From: Candidatus Poribacteria bacterium
GTDB taxonomy: Bacteria > Poribacteria > WGA-4E > WGA-3G
Reading direction: 5' to 3'
Assembly: GCA_965205015.1 (NCBI GenBank)
Contig: OZ242029.1
Span: 1,568,001-1,632,000, forward strand
Length of the DNA stretch: 64,000 nt
Made by a program: the position numbers and the translations under genes. The first letter of the stretch is position 1. The number at the start of each line of letters is the position of its first letter. The notes beneath the pieces are model-generated. The model saw nothing but the letters and a program-made list of their open reading frames with translations, was not told the DNA's origin and made no database searches. Shown here one piece after another: positions 31,666 through 42,400 of the stretch.

Positions 31666-32154
31666 ATGTTCAAAAAACGCCTAAAAACGAGTATCTTCAT
31701 CAGCATGGGTGTGTTTTCCCTACTCTCAGGGGTCTTGTTGATTCGGACACAAGCCACTGCAGACTCGACTCCGAAGGAAAACCACGCCCGCACTACACAA
31801 AGACAGACAGTATATCGCCCATCACAAAACTTACAGGACACCTTGACGGACTTTCAGACAACCAAGTTCTACCGAACGATTGTAGATAACAATCTGTTTC
31901 GTCCGCTCGGTTGGCGACCGCCACGCCCTCGAGACACCTATCGCTTGATCGGCACACGCACGCCCACGGATGGGAAAAGCGAGGCACAGGCGATTCTCCA
32001 AAGCACAACTGCTGGAAGAACCTACACCGTCTCCCTCGGTGAAACGCTTGATACCGACATCACTGTTGTTGAAATCCAGCCGAAACAAGTGACACTGGAA
32101 AAAGCAGATGTGCGGCGAACCCTTCACCTCAACACCACGCCCTGGCTGAAATGA
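31666..32154 (+). CDS. GspC/PilP HR-domain-like membrane protein
   Basis: TM helix, NNLFRPLG, YRLIGT, AQAIL, YTVSLGETL, VVEIQPKQVTLE. The ORF extends upstream to 31507 through a pgsA-like fragment. Confidence 0.55.
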   Translation: MFKKRLKTSIFISMGVFSLLSGVLLIRTQATADSTPKENHARTTQRQTVYRPSQNLQDTLTDFQTTKFYRTIVDNNLFRPLGWRPPRPRDTYRLIGTRTPTDGKSEAQAILQSTTAGRTYTVSLGETLDTDITVVEIQPKQVTLEKADVRRTLHLNTTPWLK

Positions 32155-32170
32155 AAGGAACACCTAAACT

Positions 32171-32746
32171 TTGTTGATGCTCGACGAAAAACATCTCATC
32201 ACGCGCACGCAATCCGGCGACCCTGAAGCCTTTACCCCGCTCGTCGGCAGGTATCAAGACCGCCTATATGGTCACATCAACGGACGCGTCCCAGACCCTG
32301 AACTCGCCAAGGACTTGACACAAGAGACGTGGCTTCGTGCATTTCGCGCCATCAGCAGTTTCCGGGGTGACTCCGCTTTCTATTCCTGGTTGTATCGGAT
32401 TGCTGAAAATGTCTGCACCGACCATTTCCGTAGGCAAAAGTATGACACCGAACCACTGCATCTTATTGACGAAAACCGCATCACCAAGACCGACCCGTGT
32501 CCAAGTCGTGGCGTTGAGCGTGCAGAACTCCGACAGCTCCTTCGGGCAGCCTTGGTGGCACTCACCCCCATCCGCCGACGCGTCTTTCTGCTCTACTATC
32601 ACCACGAACTGTCCATCAAAGCGATCGCCGCAGAAATCGGACGCTCCGAAGGCACCATCAAGAGCCATCTCCGCAACGCCCGTTTGCAGCTCCAAGAGTC
32701 CCTCACGCCCTATCTGAGAAATCAACATGTGCCTTGGCTCGCATGA
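32171..32746 (+). CDS. ECF RNA polymerase sigma factor (sigma24-like)
   Basis: GDPEAFTPLV, DLTQETWLRAF, FYSWLYRIAEN, IAAEIGRSEGTIKSHLRNAR. Confidence 0.92.
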   Translation: MLMLDEKHLITRTQSGDPEAFTPLVGRYQDRLYGHINGRVPDPELAKDLTQETWLRAFRAISSFRGDSAFYSWLYRIAENVCTDHFRRQKYDTEPLHLIDENRITKTDPCPSRGVERAELRQLLRAALVALTPIRRRVFLLYYHHELSIKAIAAEIGRSEGTIKSHLRNARLQLQESLTPYLRNQHVPWLA

Positions 32747-32750
32747 ATGT

Positions 32751-32911
32751 CTGGGTTTTACGTGTTTCAGGAATATTCGGTTTTCGGTGAGCGTTTGATT
32801 ACTGTGAACCGACAACTTCTAACACATCCAAAAGAACAGATGTCTGGGACGGTTTACCGACGCTGATTCGGACGTGGTCTTGTAGGCGGGGGTGCTAAAA
32901 TATCGGATAAG
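32751..32911 (-). pseudogene. Diverged duplicate of the hisC 3' end and downstream sequence
   Basis: Aligns to 33809-33970 with scattered substitutions and a 1-nt indel. Confidence 0.85.
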
Positions 32912-33131
32912 GAAATCTATGTTAACGCTCTCCCGTCAAATCCCCATACTTTCGCTTGCGGGATGTAGGCGGCGCAAGACTTTGTTGAAAAAAATAAATT
33001 CGATATTTACCGAAAAATGTAGTATACTTAGAGTATCTCGTAGGAAACCAGCATTATCAGCGTTCCCGCTTCGTAACGTGCTGGTTTCCTTCCACTGATA
33101 AGGGGATAAAAAACGAGATACGAGATATACC

Positions 33132-33239
33132 ATGAGAAAAGCCTACAAATACAAACTTCAAAATCAATCTAACACAATCAAACTCGGCAATATGCTTGAC
33201 GATATGTGGGGTATCCACGTTCATATCATGCTTTTATAG
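33132..33239 (+). pseudogene. Truncated IS200/IS605 TnpB-like N-terminus
   Basis: MRKAYKYKLQNQSNTIKLGNMLDDMWGIHVHIMLL*; upstream hairpin AGGAAACCAGCA...TGCTGGTTTCCT and an IS-end-like sequence near 32930-32980. Confidence 0.5.
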
Positions 33240-33248
33240 GAATACTGA

Positions 33249-33737
33249 ATGCGATATATAATTCTTCTACTCATAGTACTGTGCCTATCCAGTTGTGGTG
33301 AAGATAATGAAACAGTGATAACACCCATAGATCCTACAGAGGTTGCAACTACCGCTGCAAGACATTCAGATGATTTTAAAGAGCGAAGTAAAGCAGCTAC
33401 AGAGGAACTGAGAAAATACATGGAACTCAAAGATAAGTTTCCTGGTGCTGCGCGTGAAGCCCTCGTCAGACATGCAAAGATCGCTTTTAACGACCATGAA
33501 TTAGTTGAAGAATGGGCTGATATAATGATGAAAAGTGATATAGCTGGTGAAATATCTCTCGATGATATGATTCGTTTTACTGAAATCAGACTGCAAATAG
33601 AAAAGGATAAAAAACCAAGGGACCTACAACGCATCAAAGAAATAGAGGAAAATTTGATGGGTTGGAAACAGAAAATTGCACATGGGAAAGACGCAGTCCA
33701 TATAAAATTCAAAATTCAAATCAAGGCGGAGGAGTAG
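33249..33737 (+). CDS. Hypothetical lipoprotein
   Basis: MRYIILLLIVLCLSSC lipobox; AT-richer, helical. Confidence 0.75.
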   Translation: MRYIILLLIVLCLSSCGEDNETVITPIDPTEVATTAARHSDDFKERSKAATEELRKYMELKDKFPGAAREALVRHAKIAFNDHELVEEWADIMMKSDIAGEISLDDMIRFTEIRLQIEKDKKPRDLQRIKEIEENLMGWKQKIAHGKDAVHIKFKIQIKAEE

Positions 33738-33856
33738 TGAACCGAATGCATGACAAAACGCGAAATACATTTGCATCTTACGGATTGGAATACTCAAAAG
33801 ATCGAGGGCTGAGTTTTGCGTGTTTCAGGGATATTCGGTTTTCGATGAGCGTTTGA

Positions 33857-34984
33857 TTACTGTGAACCGACAACTTCTAACGCATCCAAGAGAACGGATG
33901 TCTGGGACGGTGTGCCCACGCTGATCCGGACGTGGTCTTGTAGGCGGGGTGTACTAAAATATCGGATAAGAATACCTCGCGCAGCCAACGCCGCTTTCAA
34001 TCCCGCCGCATCTCTTCCAATAACCCTTGACAGAATGAAATTCGCCTCACTCGGATAAGGCTCTAAGAAATCAAAATTTCGCAATGCGGCATAGAGTCGT
34101 TCACGCTCCTCTACAATTTTCCTTATATTTTCCTGTAACTGCGGGACATCTGCCAGCGAAGCCACTGCCGCGGCTGACCCAGCGACATTTACGTTATATG
34201 GCTGCTTGATTTTTAACAGGTGCGAAATTATCCATTCAGGAAAAACGCCGTAGCCTACCCGCAATCCTGCGAGTCCTGCCCACTTACTAAACGTCCGAAG
34301 CACAATTAGGTTTTCATTTTGTAGAACCCAGTCTACGCGGCTACCCCCGGCGAATTCGATATAGGCTTCATCTAATACAACAATGAGTGGCAACTCCAGG
34401 AGTCGCTGAAGACACGCATCACTGAGAACACTACCGTCAGGATTGTTTGGACTCGTAATGAAAAGGATTTTAGTGTTTTTGGCGGACGAGGGAACCTCGC
34501 CCCTACGGTTAGCAATTTCAACTGTCGTTTCAAGGTCTAAGGAAAAGTCTGCGTTTCGTTCGACATCAATAATTTTGCCCCCGTTCAGTTCTGTGTCGAA
34601 ACGGTACATTCCGAACGTTGGAGGACAGTTGATGACCGCGTCTCCAGGGCTGATGAACAATCGAACGATAAGATCAATCAGTTCATCTGCCCCCTGTCCG
34701 GCGATGATATGTGTCGCATCAATGCCTGTGTACTGGCTCAGTGCTTGACGGAGGGCGGTGCTGTTCGGGTCTGGATAGATGTGATAGTCCTTTTCATCGG
34801 CAAGGGCGCGATAGACAGAAGGAGAGGGACCGTAGGGGTTCTCGTTCGCATCCAGTTTTATGATATCTTCAGCAGCGATGCCGAGGCGTTTGCTCAGCAC
34901 ATCGAACGGAACTATCGGCGTATAGGGTGCCATATCAGCGATGTTTGGACGAACGAGGTTCTGATAGCGTGTTTTGGGTGGCAT
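33857..34984 (-). CDS. hisC: Histidinol-phosphate aminotransferase
   Basis: KLDANENPY, YPDP, SPNNPDG, VLDEAY, RTFSKWAGLAGLRVGY. ATG at 34984; the longer ORF start is repeat sequence. Confidence 0.93.
   Translation of the reverse strand: MPPKTRYQNLVRPNIADMAPYTPIVPFDVLSKRLGIAAEDIIKLDANENPYGPSPSVYRALADEKDYHIYPDPNSTALRQALSQYTGIDATHIIAGQGADELIDLIVRLFISPGDAVINCPPTFGMYRFDTELNGGKIIDVERNADFSLDLETTVEIANRRGEVPSSAKNTKILFITSPNNPDGSVLSDACLQRLLELPLIVVLDEAYIEFAGGSRVDWVLQNENLIVLRTFSKWAGLAGLRVGYGVFPEWIISHLLKIKQPYNVNVAGSAAAVASLADVPQLQENIRKIVEERERLYAALRNFDFLEPYPSEANFILSRVIGRDAAGLKAALAARGILIRYFSTPRLQDHVRISVGTPSQTSVLLDALEVVGSQ
34483..34506 (-). repeat. GTAG-type REP in frame inside hisC
   Basis: GTAGGGGCGAGGTTCCCTCGTCCG encoding RRGEVPSS; homologous to the gyrA insert. 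Confidence 0.7.
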
Positions 34985-35014
34985 TTTTTTATGGCTGTTA
35001 GCAGTCAACAGGGC

Positions 35015-35072
35015 ATGGAAGAATGGAAGGGTGGAAAGATGGGACCAACCTTCCATTCTTCCAACCTTCCAT
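35015..35072. repeat. Octamer palindromic repeat (family O: TGGAAGNN / NNCTTCCA)
   Basis: ATGGAAGAATGGAAGGGTGGAAAG...AACCTTCCATTCTTCCAACCTTCCAT; related copies at 40505-40595 and 48389-48453. Confidence 0.75.
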
Positions 35073-35096
35073 CCGAATACTGAAAACTGTTCACGG

Positions 35097-36206
35097 TTAT
35101 TGGGTTGGCGTTGGTGAGGTTCGGACCTCAACTGCTTTCGGTGTCAACGCACCGATAGGTGCCTCGCCGTTTAGGACCCGCACAAAATCGTCCACAGTCA
35201 TGTCCGCCACGCGTAAATTGGAATCTTCCGTTCTACCTGCGATATGCGGTGTGTGAACAACGTTGTCCCGATTGCGCAGTTCATCGTCAACGGGAACCGG
35301 TTCGATATCGTAAACGTCGAAGGCACCAGCGAGTTCGTCTTTCACGATGCGTTCTCGTAATGCATCCATATCAACGGCAAAGGCGCGTGTAATCACGACG
35401 ACCAAACTCCCCTTCCGCAGATGGTATATCCGTTCTCGATTCAGCAGATGTTTGGCTGAGGGGGTCGGTGGAACCGCCACGAAAACGATATCCGAACTGT
35501 CGGCGAGCGTGTCCATATCGGTGCGTTGCACGTCCCATTCTTGGAGGAGTTCGTCCGGTACATACGGATCGAAGCCCTTCACCGTCGCACCGAAGACCCT
35601 GCACCATTTTGCGATTTTTCCGCCAATTTGCCCGAGTCCGATAACGCCTATGTTTTTTGTGCCAAGATCGCCGTTGACGAAATCAGGGTCATCACAGAAC
35701 TGATGTGCAGCAGGGAGTTTATCCAGGGAGGCACCACTTTCACGTGCGTTTAGCGAACCCCACATCGGGTTCTCCCAATCCCACAGTTTTTCACCTTGTG
35801 CCATCCGCAGGTGCCACTGTGCTGTCCGACGCAGCGAAGACAACGCGAGACCGAAAGCGCATTCCGCTACGGATTGCGACCACGCTCGTGTCGATTCGAT
35901 CACAGGGATGCCCCGTGCTTGAAGTGCCTGATATGGGATACCGTGCCCAGAATTGTCAGTCATCGCTCCGAAGACTTTCAGTTTCGGGGCTGCCGCGATA
36001 CAGGCTTCGGTCAGGTTCCCGCCGAAGTGGGATATTCCGATGGTTTCGCTTAAGTCGACCTGTTCGTGAATGGGGTCGCGGTTGTCTGTGTTGAGGACGA
36101 GTGTTACGCCTAATTCTTCTAATCGACTCACCATCTGTTCGTGTACGTAGGGCCAAGAAATTTCTAAATTGGGGTAACGTGTAAATACAAATTCAGGACT
36201 TGCCAT
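35097..36206 (-). CDS. D-isomer-specific 2-hydroxyacid dehydrogenase
   Basis: GVIGLGQIG, FDPY, FDVYDIEP, TPHIAG. Confidence 0.9.
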   Translation of the reverse strand: MASPEFVFTRYPNLEISWPYVHEQMVSRLEELGVTLVLNTDNRDPIHEQVDLSETIGISHFGGNLTEACIAAAPKLKVFGAMTDNSGHGIPYQALQARGIPVIESTRAWSQSVAECAFGLALSSLRRTAQWHLRMAQGEKLWDWENPMWGSLNARESGASLDKLPAAHQFCDDPDFVNGDLGTKNIGVIGLGQIGGKIAKWCRVFGATVKGFDPYVPDELLQEWDVQRTDMDTLADSSDIVFVAVPPTPSAKHLLNRERIYHLRKGSLVVVITRAFAVDMDALRERIVKDELAGAFDVYDIEPVPVDDELRNRDNVVHTPHIAGRTEDSNLRVADMTVDDFVRVLNGEAPIGALTPKAVEVRTSPTPTQ

Positions 36207-36207
36207 A

Positions 36208-36462
36208 GTAGTTGTCAGTTGTCAGTTGTCGGTTGTCGGTTACGTCTCCTGGGACGCGAGCATCTTCCGATAAACTTCCAACCCTTTCTTCCTTTCTCAG
36301 TTAGAACTTACGCAATTTCTATAGAAGACCTACAGCCCACACGCCGCTGGCGAGGTTTCAAACCTCGCCAGCAAAGGATGCTGCGTAAGTCCTGCTCAGT
36401 ATTAGGTTATCGTTGTCAGGAACCTCTTTAACCGATAACTGATAACTGATAACCGATAACCA
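36208..36462. repeat. Nested repeat cluster: family H heptamers around a TIR MITE containing a REP-like hairpin
   Basis: (GTTGTCA/G)n, TAGAACTTACGCA, GCTGGCGAGGTTTCAAACCTCGCCAGC, TGCGTAAGTCCTG, CCTCTT-(CTGATAA/CCGATAA)n. Confidence 0.75.
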
Positions 36463-39183
36463 TTAAAGATGAATGCGCAGATGCGGTCCAGTCGGGTATC
36501 TACCCATATGTGCACCGTAGAGTGCAAACCCCCCTTTCGCCACTGCATCTGCTTTCACTTCATATCGGACTGTTAATGTGTCTGCCTCGTTCTGAAAAAC
36601 AATGGACGGGTCTACTTTGACCTTGTAAAGGTAACCGTAGGTGCCGGGTTGCCCGTGGATATAAGAGAGCACACCGCGCGCATCCGCCGGACAGTCGGGT
36701 ATGTGGATCGTCTCGATTTCAACACCGTTGACGGAGATTGTCACATCAGATGGGTGTTTTTCAGGTTCCGTTTGACGCGCACCGCCGTTTGCGCTGGATG
36801 CTTCAAAGATGAGTTCCATCTCTGCGGAATTTGTTGGATCGATCCCTTCCGGAAATGGAATCTCATATTCAACGTAACCACTTTCCTCTGCGGAAAACAA
36901 TTGTGCTTCACTTATAGGGTCATCCCAAGACGATTTGGACGCGCTTCCAGGGGCGTGGTTGATACTAATTTGGGAATCGTTTGATTCAACTGTTGGGTTC
37001 GCTGCAACGAAATGCTCAAAGTTGATGAAATTACGGGCGACAACAGAGCCGGTGCCATCTGTTACCCAGACGTGGAGTGTACCGACCGCCGGGTGGACAT
37101 CAGGCATCGTAAGTTCAAGTTGATGCACATTTTGCACGTGGTACTGCGGGAATGGAATATCAACGCTTCCTGAAACACATCCTCGTGTGATGTCTCCGGT
37201 TGCTGACATCGTATCCAATTGCCAGTGGAGTGTTGTGTCCGTGATAGTTTTGTGTGAGAAATGGCTGGCGTAGATGTCAGTCTTCACCTTCTCACCCGGT
37301 GTAACTGTTGTCCCAGGTGGATAATCAATAGCGATAAAATCTAAGGTATTAATATCGAGGTAGTCGTATCCGAATGCCTTAATTGACCGGTCGTAGTTCA
37401 TGAAACCGTTGTGTTCCCACTCAATGTCCTGCAATTCGGTATAGATGTAACCGCAGATTTTCGGATGGAGACGGAGTTCGTTGGTAAGGTATTTGAAACA
37501 CCATGAGACATCCTTATCCCCCGCCCCTGCTGAGATACCACCATATTCACTATTAATCAGTGGAGCATCGCTCTGGACATTACCCCCCGCGTAATTAAAT
37601 GCTGAGCCGGGATATGTTTCTTCCACAACGTTGCCGATATGTTCCTTCGCTTGTTCGTAATCGTTGATGTAGAAGTGCCACGAATTGATGTCTGTTTCTA
37701 CGTGGTCGTACAAGCAGGGTGAGTTGTCCTCAATGAGGCGGGTGGTATCAAGAGATTTGGCGAGGTGGTACATCTCGCGCACCCATTCTTGCCGTTCGTG
37801 CATCTCTTTATACTCCCTGCCACCGAGTCCCCAAGTTTCGTTAAAATTACACCATGAGATGATCGAAGGATGATTGTAGTCGCGCGCAATATTTCCGCGA
37901 AGCGTTTCCTCAAATCGTGCCTTCGCTTTCTCCGTATAGTCGCCAAAATTCGGGATGTCGCACATAAAGAGCAAACCCAATTTATCAGCCCAATAGTAGA
38001 GGCGCGGTTCATCTACCTTGATGTGGAGTCGGAGGAAGTTGAATCCGAATTCTTTCGCGCGTTCTATGTCTCTGCGAATGGCTTCATCTGTCAGGAACGT
38101 GTACACACCTTCTGGGTTAAATGACTGATTGAGCGCACCGAGCAGATAGATAGGGCGGTTGTTGAGGTAGATATACTGATAATCGCCACCCGGGGCTTTC
38201 GCAATGGAAACCTTTCGCATTCCGAAGTAGGTGTAAATCCTATCAATGACAGTGTTTTCCGTCAGCAATTCAAGCGTCACGTCGTAGAGGTTTGGCGTGT
38301 CTATATCCCACAAGCGGAGCTGTTCTGGAGGAATAGTAATGGTAAATTGTGTATCGCTGCCAGAGACTTCAAGTGTCCCTCGCAGCGAGGTTTCCTCGCC
38401 CGCACAATGCCAACGCAAGATTAACCCAGTACTCTCCACGTATCCGTCTATCTTAACGGCGACTGTAGCGGAAGCGTTATCAATGTCGGGTGTTATGTGG
38501 CACTGCGTGATGTGTGTTTCGTTTCTGGGTTCTAAGTAGACAGACTGCCAAATACCGCTGGTGCGTTCATACCAACCTATCTGCTTGCCCGCGAGTTGCT
38601 CGCCATGATTCTGTGCGTCATAAGCCCGAACGACGATAACTGCGGCTTCCCCTGGTGTGAGTGCATCCGTGATGTCAAATTCAAACGGCAGATACCCGTT
38701 TTCGTTCTTGCCGATTATTTGACCGTTCACCCAGAGGGTGGTTTCCCAATCGACGGCACCGAACTTCAAAATAACGCGTTTATCTCCCCAATTCTCAGGG
38801 ATAGAGACCGTTTTGCGATACCAACCGATTGTATGTCTCGGTTCGTCTCGATAATTTCCACCACGTTCTAAACCGCCACAGGTGACGTCTTCGGGGGTGA
38901 TATAGGCGTTTTTGCTCAAATAGGTTGCGTTATCTGCTTGTTCTTCGTCGCCCCATGCGGCAAGGCTTTCCCAAGGATAGGGAACCTGTATTTGCAATGC
39001 ATATATGGAATTAGGGGTTGGCTCCGGATCAAACCATTGATTTTGTTCGCCGGTATCGTCAGGGTCAAAAGCGAATTCCCATGGACCATTCAGACAGATC
39101 CAATCGATGCCTTCTGATGTTCCGCGTTGGAAATCTGGGCGCGGATACTCTGGACGAGGTGTGTCTGTATTGTTGCCTCTCAT
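36463..39183 (-). CDS. Glycoside hydrolase family 2
   Basis: PRPEYPRP, LNGPWEF, LKFGAVDW, SGIWQSV, FGMRK, NHPSIISW, NETWG, SEYGG. Confidence 0.92.
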   Translation of the reverse strand: MRGNNTDTPRPEYPRPDFQRGTSEGIDWICLNGPWEFAFDPDDTGEQNQWFDPEPTPNSIYALQIQVPYPWESLAAWGDEEQADNATYLSKNAYITPEDVTCGGLERGGNYRDEPRHTIGWYRKTVSIPENWGDKRVILKFGAVDWETTLWVNGQIIGKNENGYLPFEFDITDALTPGEAAVIVVRAYDAQNHGEQLAGKQIGWYERTSGIWQSVYLEPRNETHITQCHITPDIDNASATVAVKIDGYVESTGLILRWHCAGEETSLRGTLEVSGSDTQFTITIPPEQLRLWDIDTPNLYDVTLELLTENTVIDRIYTYFGMRKVSIAKAPGGDYQYIYLNNRPIYLLGALNQSFNPEGVYTFLTDEAIRRDIERAKEFGFNFLRLHIKVDEPRLYYWADKLGLLFMCDIPNFGDYTEKAKARFEETLRGNIARDYNHPSIISWCNFNETWGLGGREYKEMHERQEWVREMYHLAKSLDTTRLIEDNSPCLYDHVETDINSWHFYINDYEQAKEHIGNVVEETYPGSAFNYAGGNVQSDAPLINSEYGGISAGAGDKDVSWCFKYLTNELRLHPKICGYIYTELQDIEWEHNGFMNYDRSIKAFGYDYLDINTLDFIAIDYPPGTTVTPGEKVKTDIYASHFSHKTITDTTLHWQLDTMSATGDITRGCVSGSVDIPFPQYHVQNVHQLELTMPDVHPAVGTLHVWVTDGTGSVVARNFINFEHFVAANPTVESNDSQISINHAPGSASKSSWDDPISEAQLFSAEESGYVEYEIPFPEGIDPTNSAEMELIFEASSANGGARQTEPEKHPSDVTISVNGVEIETIHIPDCPADARGVLSYIHGQPGTYGYLYKVKVDPSIVFQNEADTLTVRYEVKADAVAKGGFALYGAHMGRYPTGPHLRIHL

Positions 39184-39197
39184 GCTTTTCCTTTTTA

Positions 39198-39343
39198 ATA
39201 GTTATCGGTTATCAGTTGTCAGTTTTCAGTCACAAGAGGTCTTTGGTAACAATTCACCCAAAACTTGGAATATGCCAAGACTTGCGAAGATTGTTACAAG
39301 ATACCCTCTTAACTGACCACTGAAAACTGACCACTGACGACTA
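39198..39343. repeat. Family H palindromic repeat
   Basis: Inverted near-copy of 12227-12380. Confidence 0.85.
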
Positions 39344-39416
39344 ATATATCATAAATCGCTTTTCTTTTCAATTTTTTTCTCTAAGGATACGAAGGATGAG
39401 GTGTGCCGGGATTTAA

Positions 39417-42400
39417 CTATTGAATCTCACCGCGGACGGTGAGTGCGGTGGCGATGGAGAGGAAATCTCTGCCTTCTTCAACGCGATCATGGTTGTAGCT
39501 AAGGCCGAGATGGAAATTCGCTGTAATATGGGTGCTGACTTTGTAACCGACGCGCAAAGTCGTCTCGTAACGCTCCGAACGCTCTTCCCTGTTCGCGCCG
39601 TATAACTCTCTGCGGATAGCCCAAGAGAGCGTATTTGTCAACTCGAGATCGTGTTTCAGGGGGATTCTACCGAAAAACGGCACTCGTATACCGTTTTCTG
39701 TGTGGTATCTGTAGTCAACGCTCAGGTTCGGTGTGATAATCAAGGCGTTGCCCCGAATACCACTTCGGAGTTGATCACGCATTGTTGCCCGTATCCCTAA
39801 CGCTGTCCGAGTCTCTTTACCCCATGTCTGCATCCAGCTGAGTGAAGGCGTGTGTGCTTTACTGTCGCCAAGTGTGTCATCCAGTGTCCCGTTATTTCGC
39901 GTTGTGTAGCTATAGCGGAGTTGGAAACTGGAGGTTTCTCGTGCTTTCAGTTTTACGTCGGCTTCGTAGGCATTGGTGTTCTGTATGTAGGTTGTCCCTG
40001 AACTCTTCCGGAAGCTGTCGGAGGTACTGACGTTTGTTCCGAAAGATGCCCAGTTCCACGGGTCTACCGAGCCCCGGACTGTATAACGATTGCTGCGCCG
40101 GGAGTTCGTCCGTTCCTTTGCATCCTCCGCGAGCGAGTAGATTTCTAACATGGATAGCCCAGATGCAAGTTGCCGATACGATTCAGTAGCGGTAAAGTTT
40201 GCGTTGGTGTTAACAGTGAAACTTTTCAAAATTCGATGCAGGATACCCTCAGAGCGGGCAGCCGTCAGGTCGCTGCGCTGCGCTTCGCTTTCAGCGGTCA
40301 GTAAAGAGGTTTCTCGTGAACCTCTCCCTTCTTGCTGATCGCTGACGGAAACCGATGGCTGATTGCTGATTGCTGCCTTATCCCGTTCGATCCAATCCCC
40401 TCGATTCTCTTCCAGTTCTTGGATTTGCGTTTCGTCGATACCGTTTTCCCTTAATTGTTCAGTGTAGTCATCGGTTGTAGGAGCGAGTTCTGCTTTCGAT
40501 CCCGTTGGAAGTGTGGAAGATTCTTGAGTGGAAGGTTCAGAGGTTGGAAGGTTGGGGGCTCCATCTTTCCCTTCTTCCATACTTCCATTCCCTTCTTTGA
40601 GGAACCATCCGAACCATTTTTGAACGCGGAGGTTTACGCCGAAGCTGACGTTTCCATTGAGTGAAGCGTTTTTCTGTTCACGGAACCAGTTCTCACGAAA
40701 ACTCATGCGGCTTGTTACGGTGGGACGCATGCCCAGCAGATCCCGGTTTAAGCGTGGGGTAAGCGACAACCGGTGTTCTCGCTCGGCAATTGACCATTTA
40801 ATATCTTCGGCGGGTGTCTCTTCTTCAGATTCGACGGTTTCCGGTGCTGTACCAGGAAGGGGGGTGTTGGTGTTCGGATCTTCCCGTCTTTCAAGCGTCC
40901 GGCTGACATCGTAACTGGGGTTCAGGCTGAAGATACTCGTTGGACTGATATTAAATGTTATAGTGCCGCTATCTGTTTTTTCATCTCGATTTCTACCGTA
41001 GCCGTAACTATAGAAGGATGTTGAGGTTCCCGAGGATGTCTCTGTCGCGGTTTCGGGTTTGGCGAGTAGGTCTTCGTGCCGATATTGCGCGTTAACCCCG
41101 AGTTTTGAACCGAGTTCATACCGAAAGCTACCGGTATAGAGGTGGCTAATTTGTGTGCCTTGACGTTCGTTCCAAAAGTCTTGGTAGTTGTAAGCAAAGC
41201 CGAGATTCGGATATGGGTTTTGAATGAACTGCACAGAAATATCTCGGGTGCGGATTTCACTTTTCCCGCTCTGAAAGCTGCTGTAGCTGCCGCGCTGGCT
41301 TTCGGTTTCCGTGTCTTGGTGTCGAATCCCGTATCGGATCGGTAGCCATGGGAATAGTGTGACATCCGCGTCGATATTAAAATCGTTGTTTGTTGTGCTA
41401 TATCCGCGTGAAGAGAGGCGTTGTCTACCGACTTCCCCCGCGCTACTTTCAAAATCCTTGTCTTGACTTGCGTAGCCGCCGCGTAATTTAACGATTCTAC
41501 CGAGGGACACCGCCATATTGCCGCGACGCGCCCATCCGGCACGCACGAGCGGATCACCGAGGTGAATCTCGTTTACCCAGATTTCTCCGCTGATTTCACG
41601 TCCAGTGTCGTTCCGTATACCCAAGAGGATGCCACCGATATTTTTGATGGAAAGCCGCGTGCTATTCGTCCCTCGAATCGTGAAACCGTCCGGTTGTCCA
41701 TCTGGTGCATCCTCTGTGCTTTCGGTGGGTAGCGGCGTGGGAATCGTTTCTACCACAGAAGGTTCTTGCTGACTGCTGACTGCTGACTGCTGACTGCTAT
41801 TCAGCGGATCGCTATCAACATCTGGATAGTCATTTCCACCGAGATCCCGTAAATCAATTTCAATTAACTTCCAGCCCTCAAAGTCAATCGGGACTGTATA
41901 TTCATAGTAGTCTGTTAGATTCTCGAAAACGTTAATGTCTGTTTCCTGTTCTGTCTGATTGACAAACGGGTCTGAACTATAGAAGGAACTGCGATAGCCG
42001 GTTCGGACGGTTGGGGCAAGTTGTAAAACGAAGGTTGTATCGCTTTTGTCCCCATAGAGCCAAAAGCGGAGTGTATCGTGTTTGCTGAAGTCTTGTCCTT
42101 CACTTTGCGTTAAGCCTTTCAATTGCTTTGAGGTGACACCATAGGAGCCGGGAAAGAGGTAATATTCAAGGCTGAGTGTCTGTTCGCGTTGTTGTTGTGT
42201 TTGAAAACCGAGTGCAGTGGCTGTGAAGGGATGTAATTTTTTGAAAAGCTCATTATCTTCGATATCCAGATACGCACTTTGATACGCGTCATAACTGAAG
42301 TTATCCCTCGTGCCAACGATAAATTTTTCCAATGTGTCTTCCACAATTGTACTCGTTGACAAGGTTTCTCCGGTGGAGGCGAGTGCTGGATTGTTCGTTA

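Noticed and set aside
34985-35131. 49-aa N-terminal extension of HisC in the ORF track
   Set aside because: It is translated intergenic family O repeat; HisC similarity begins at the ATG at 34984
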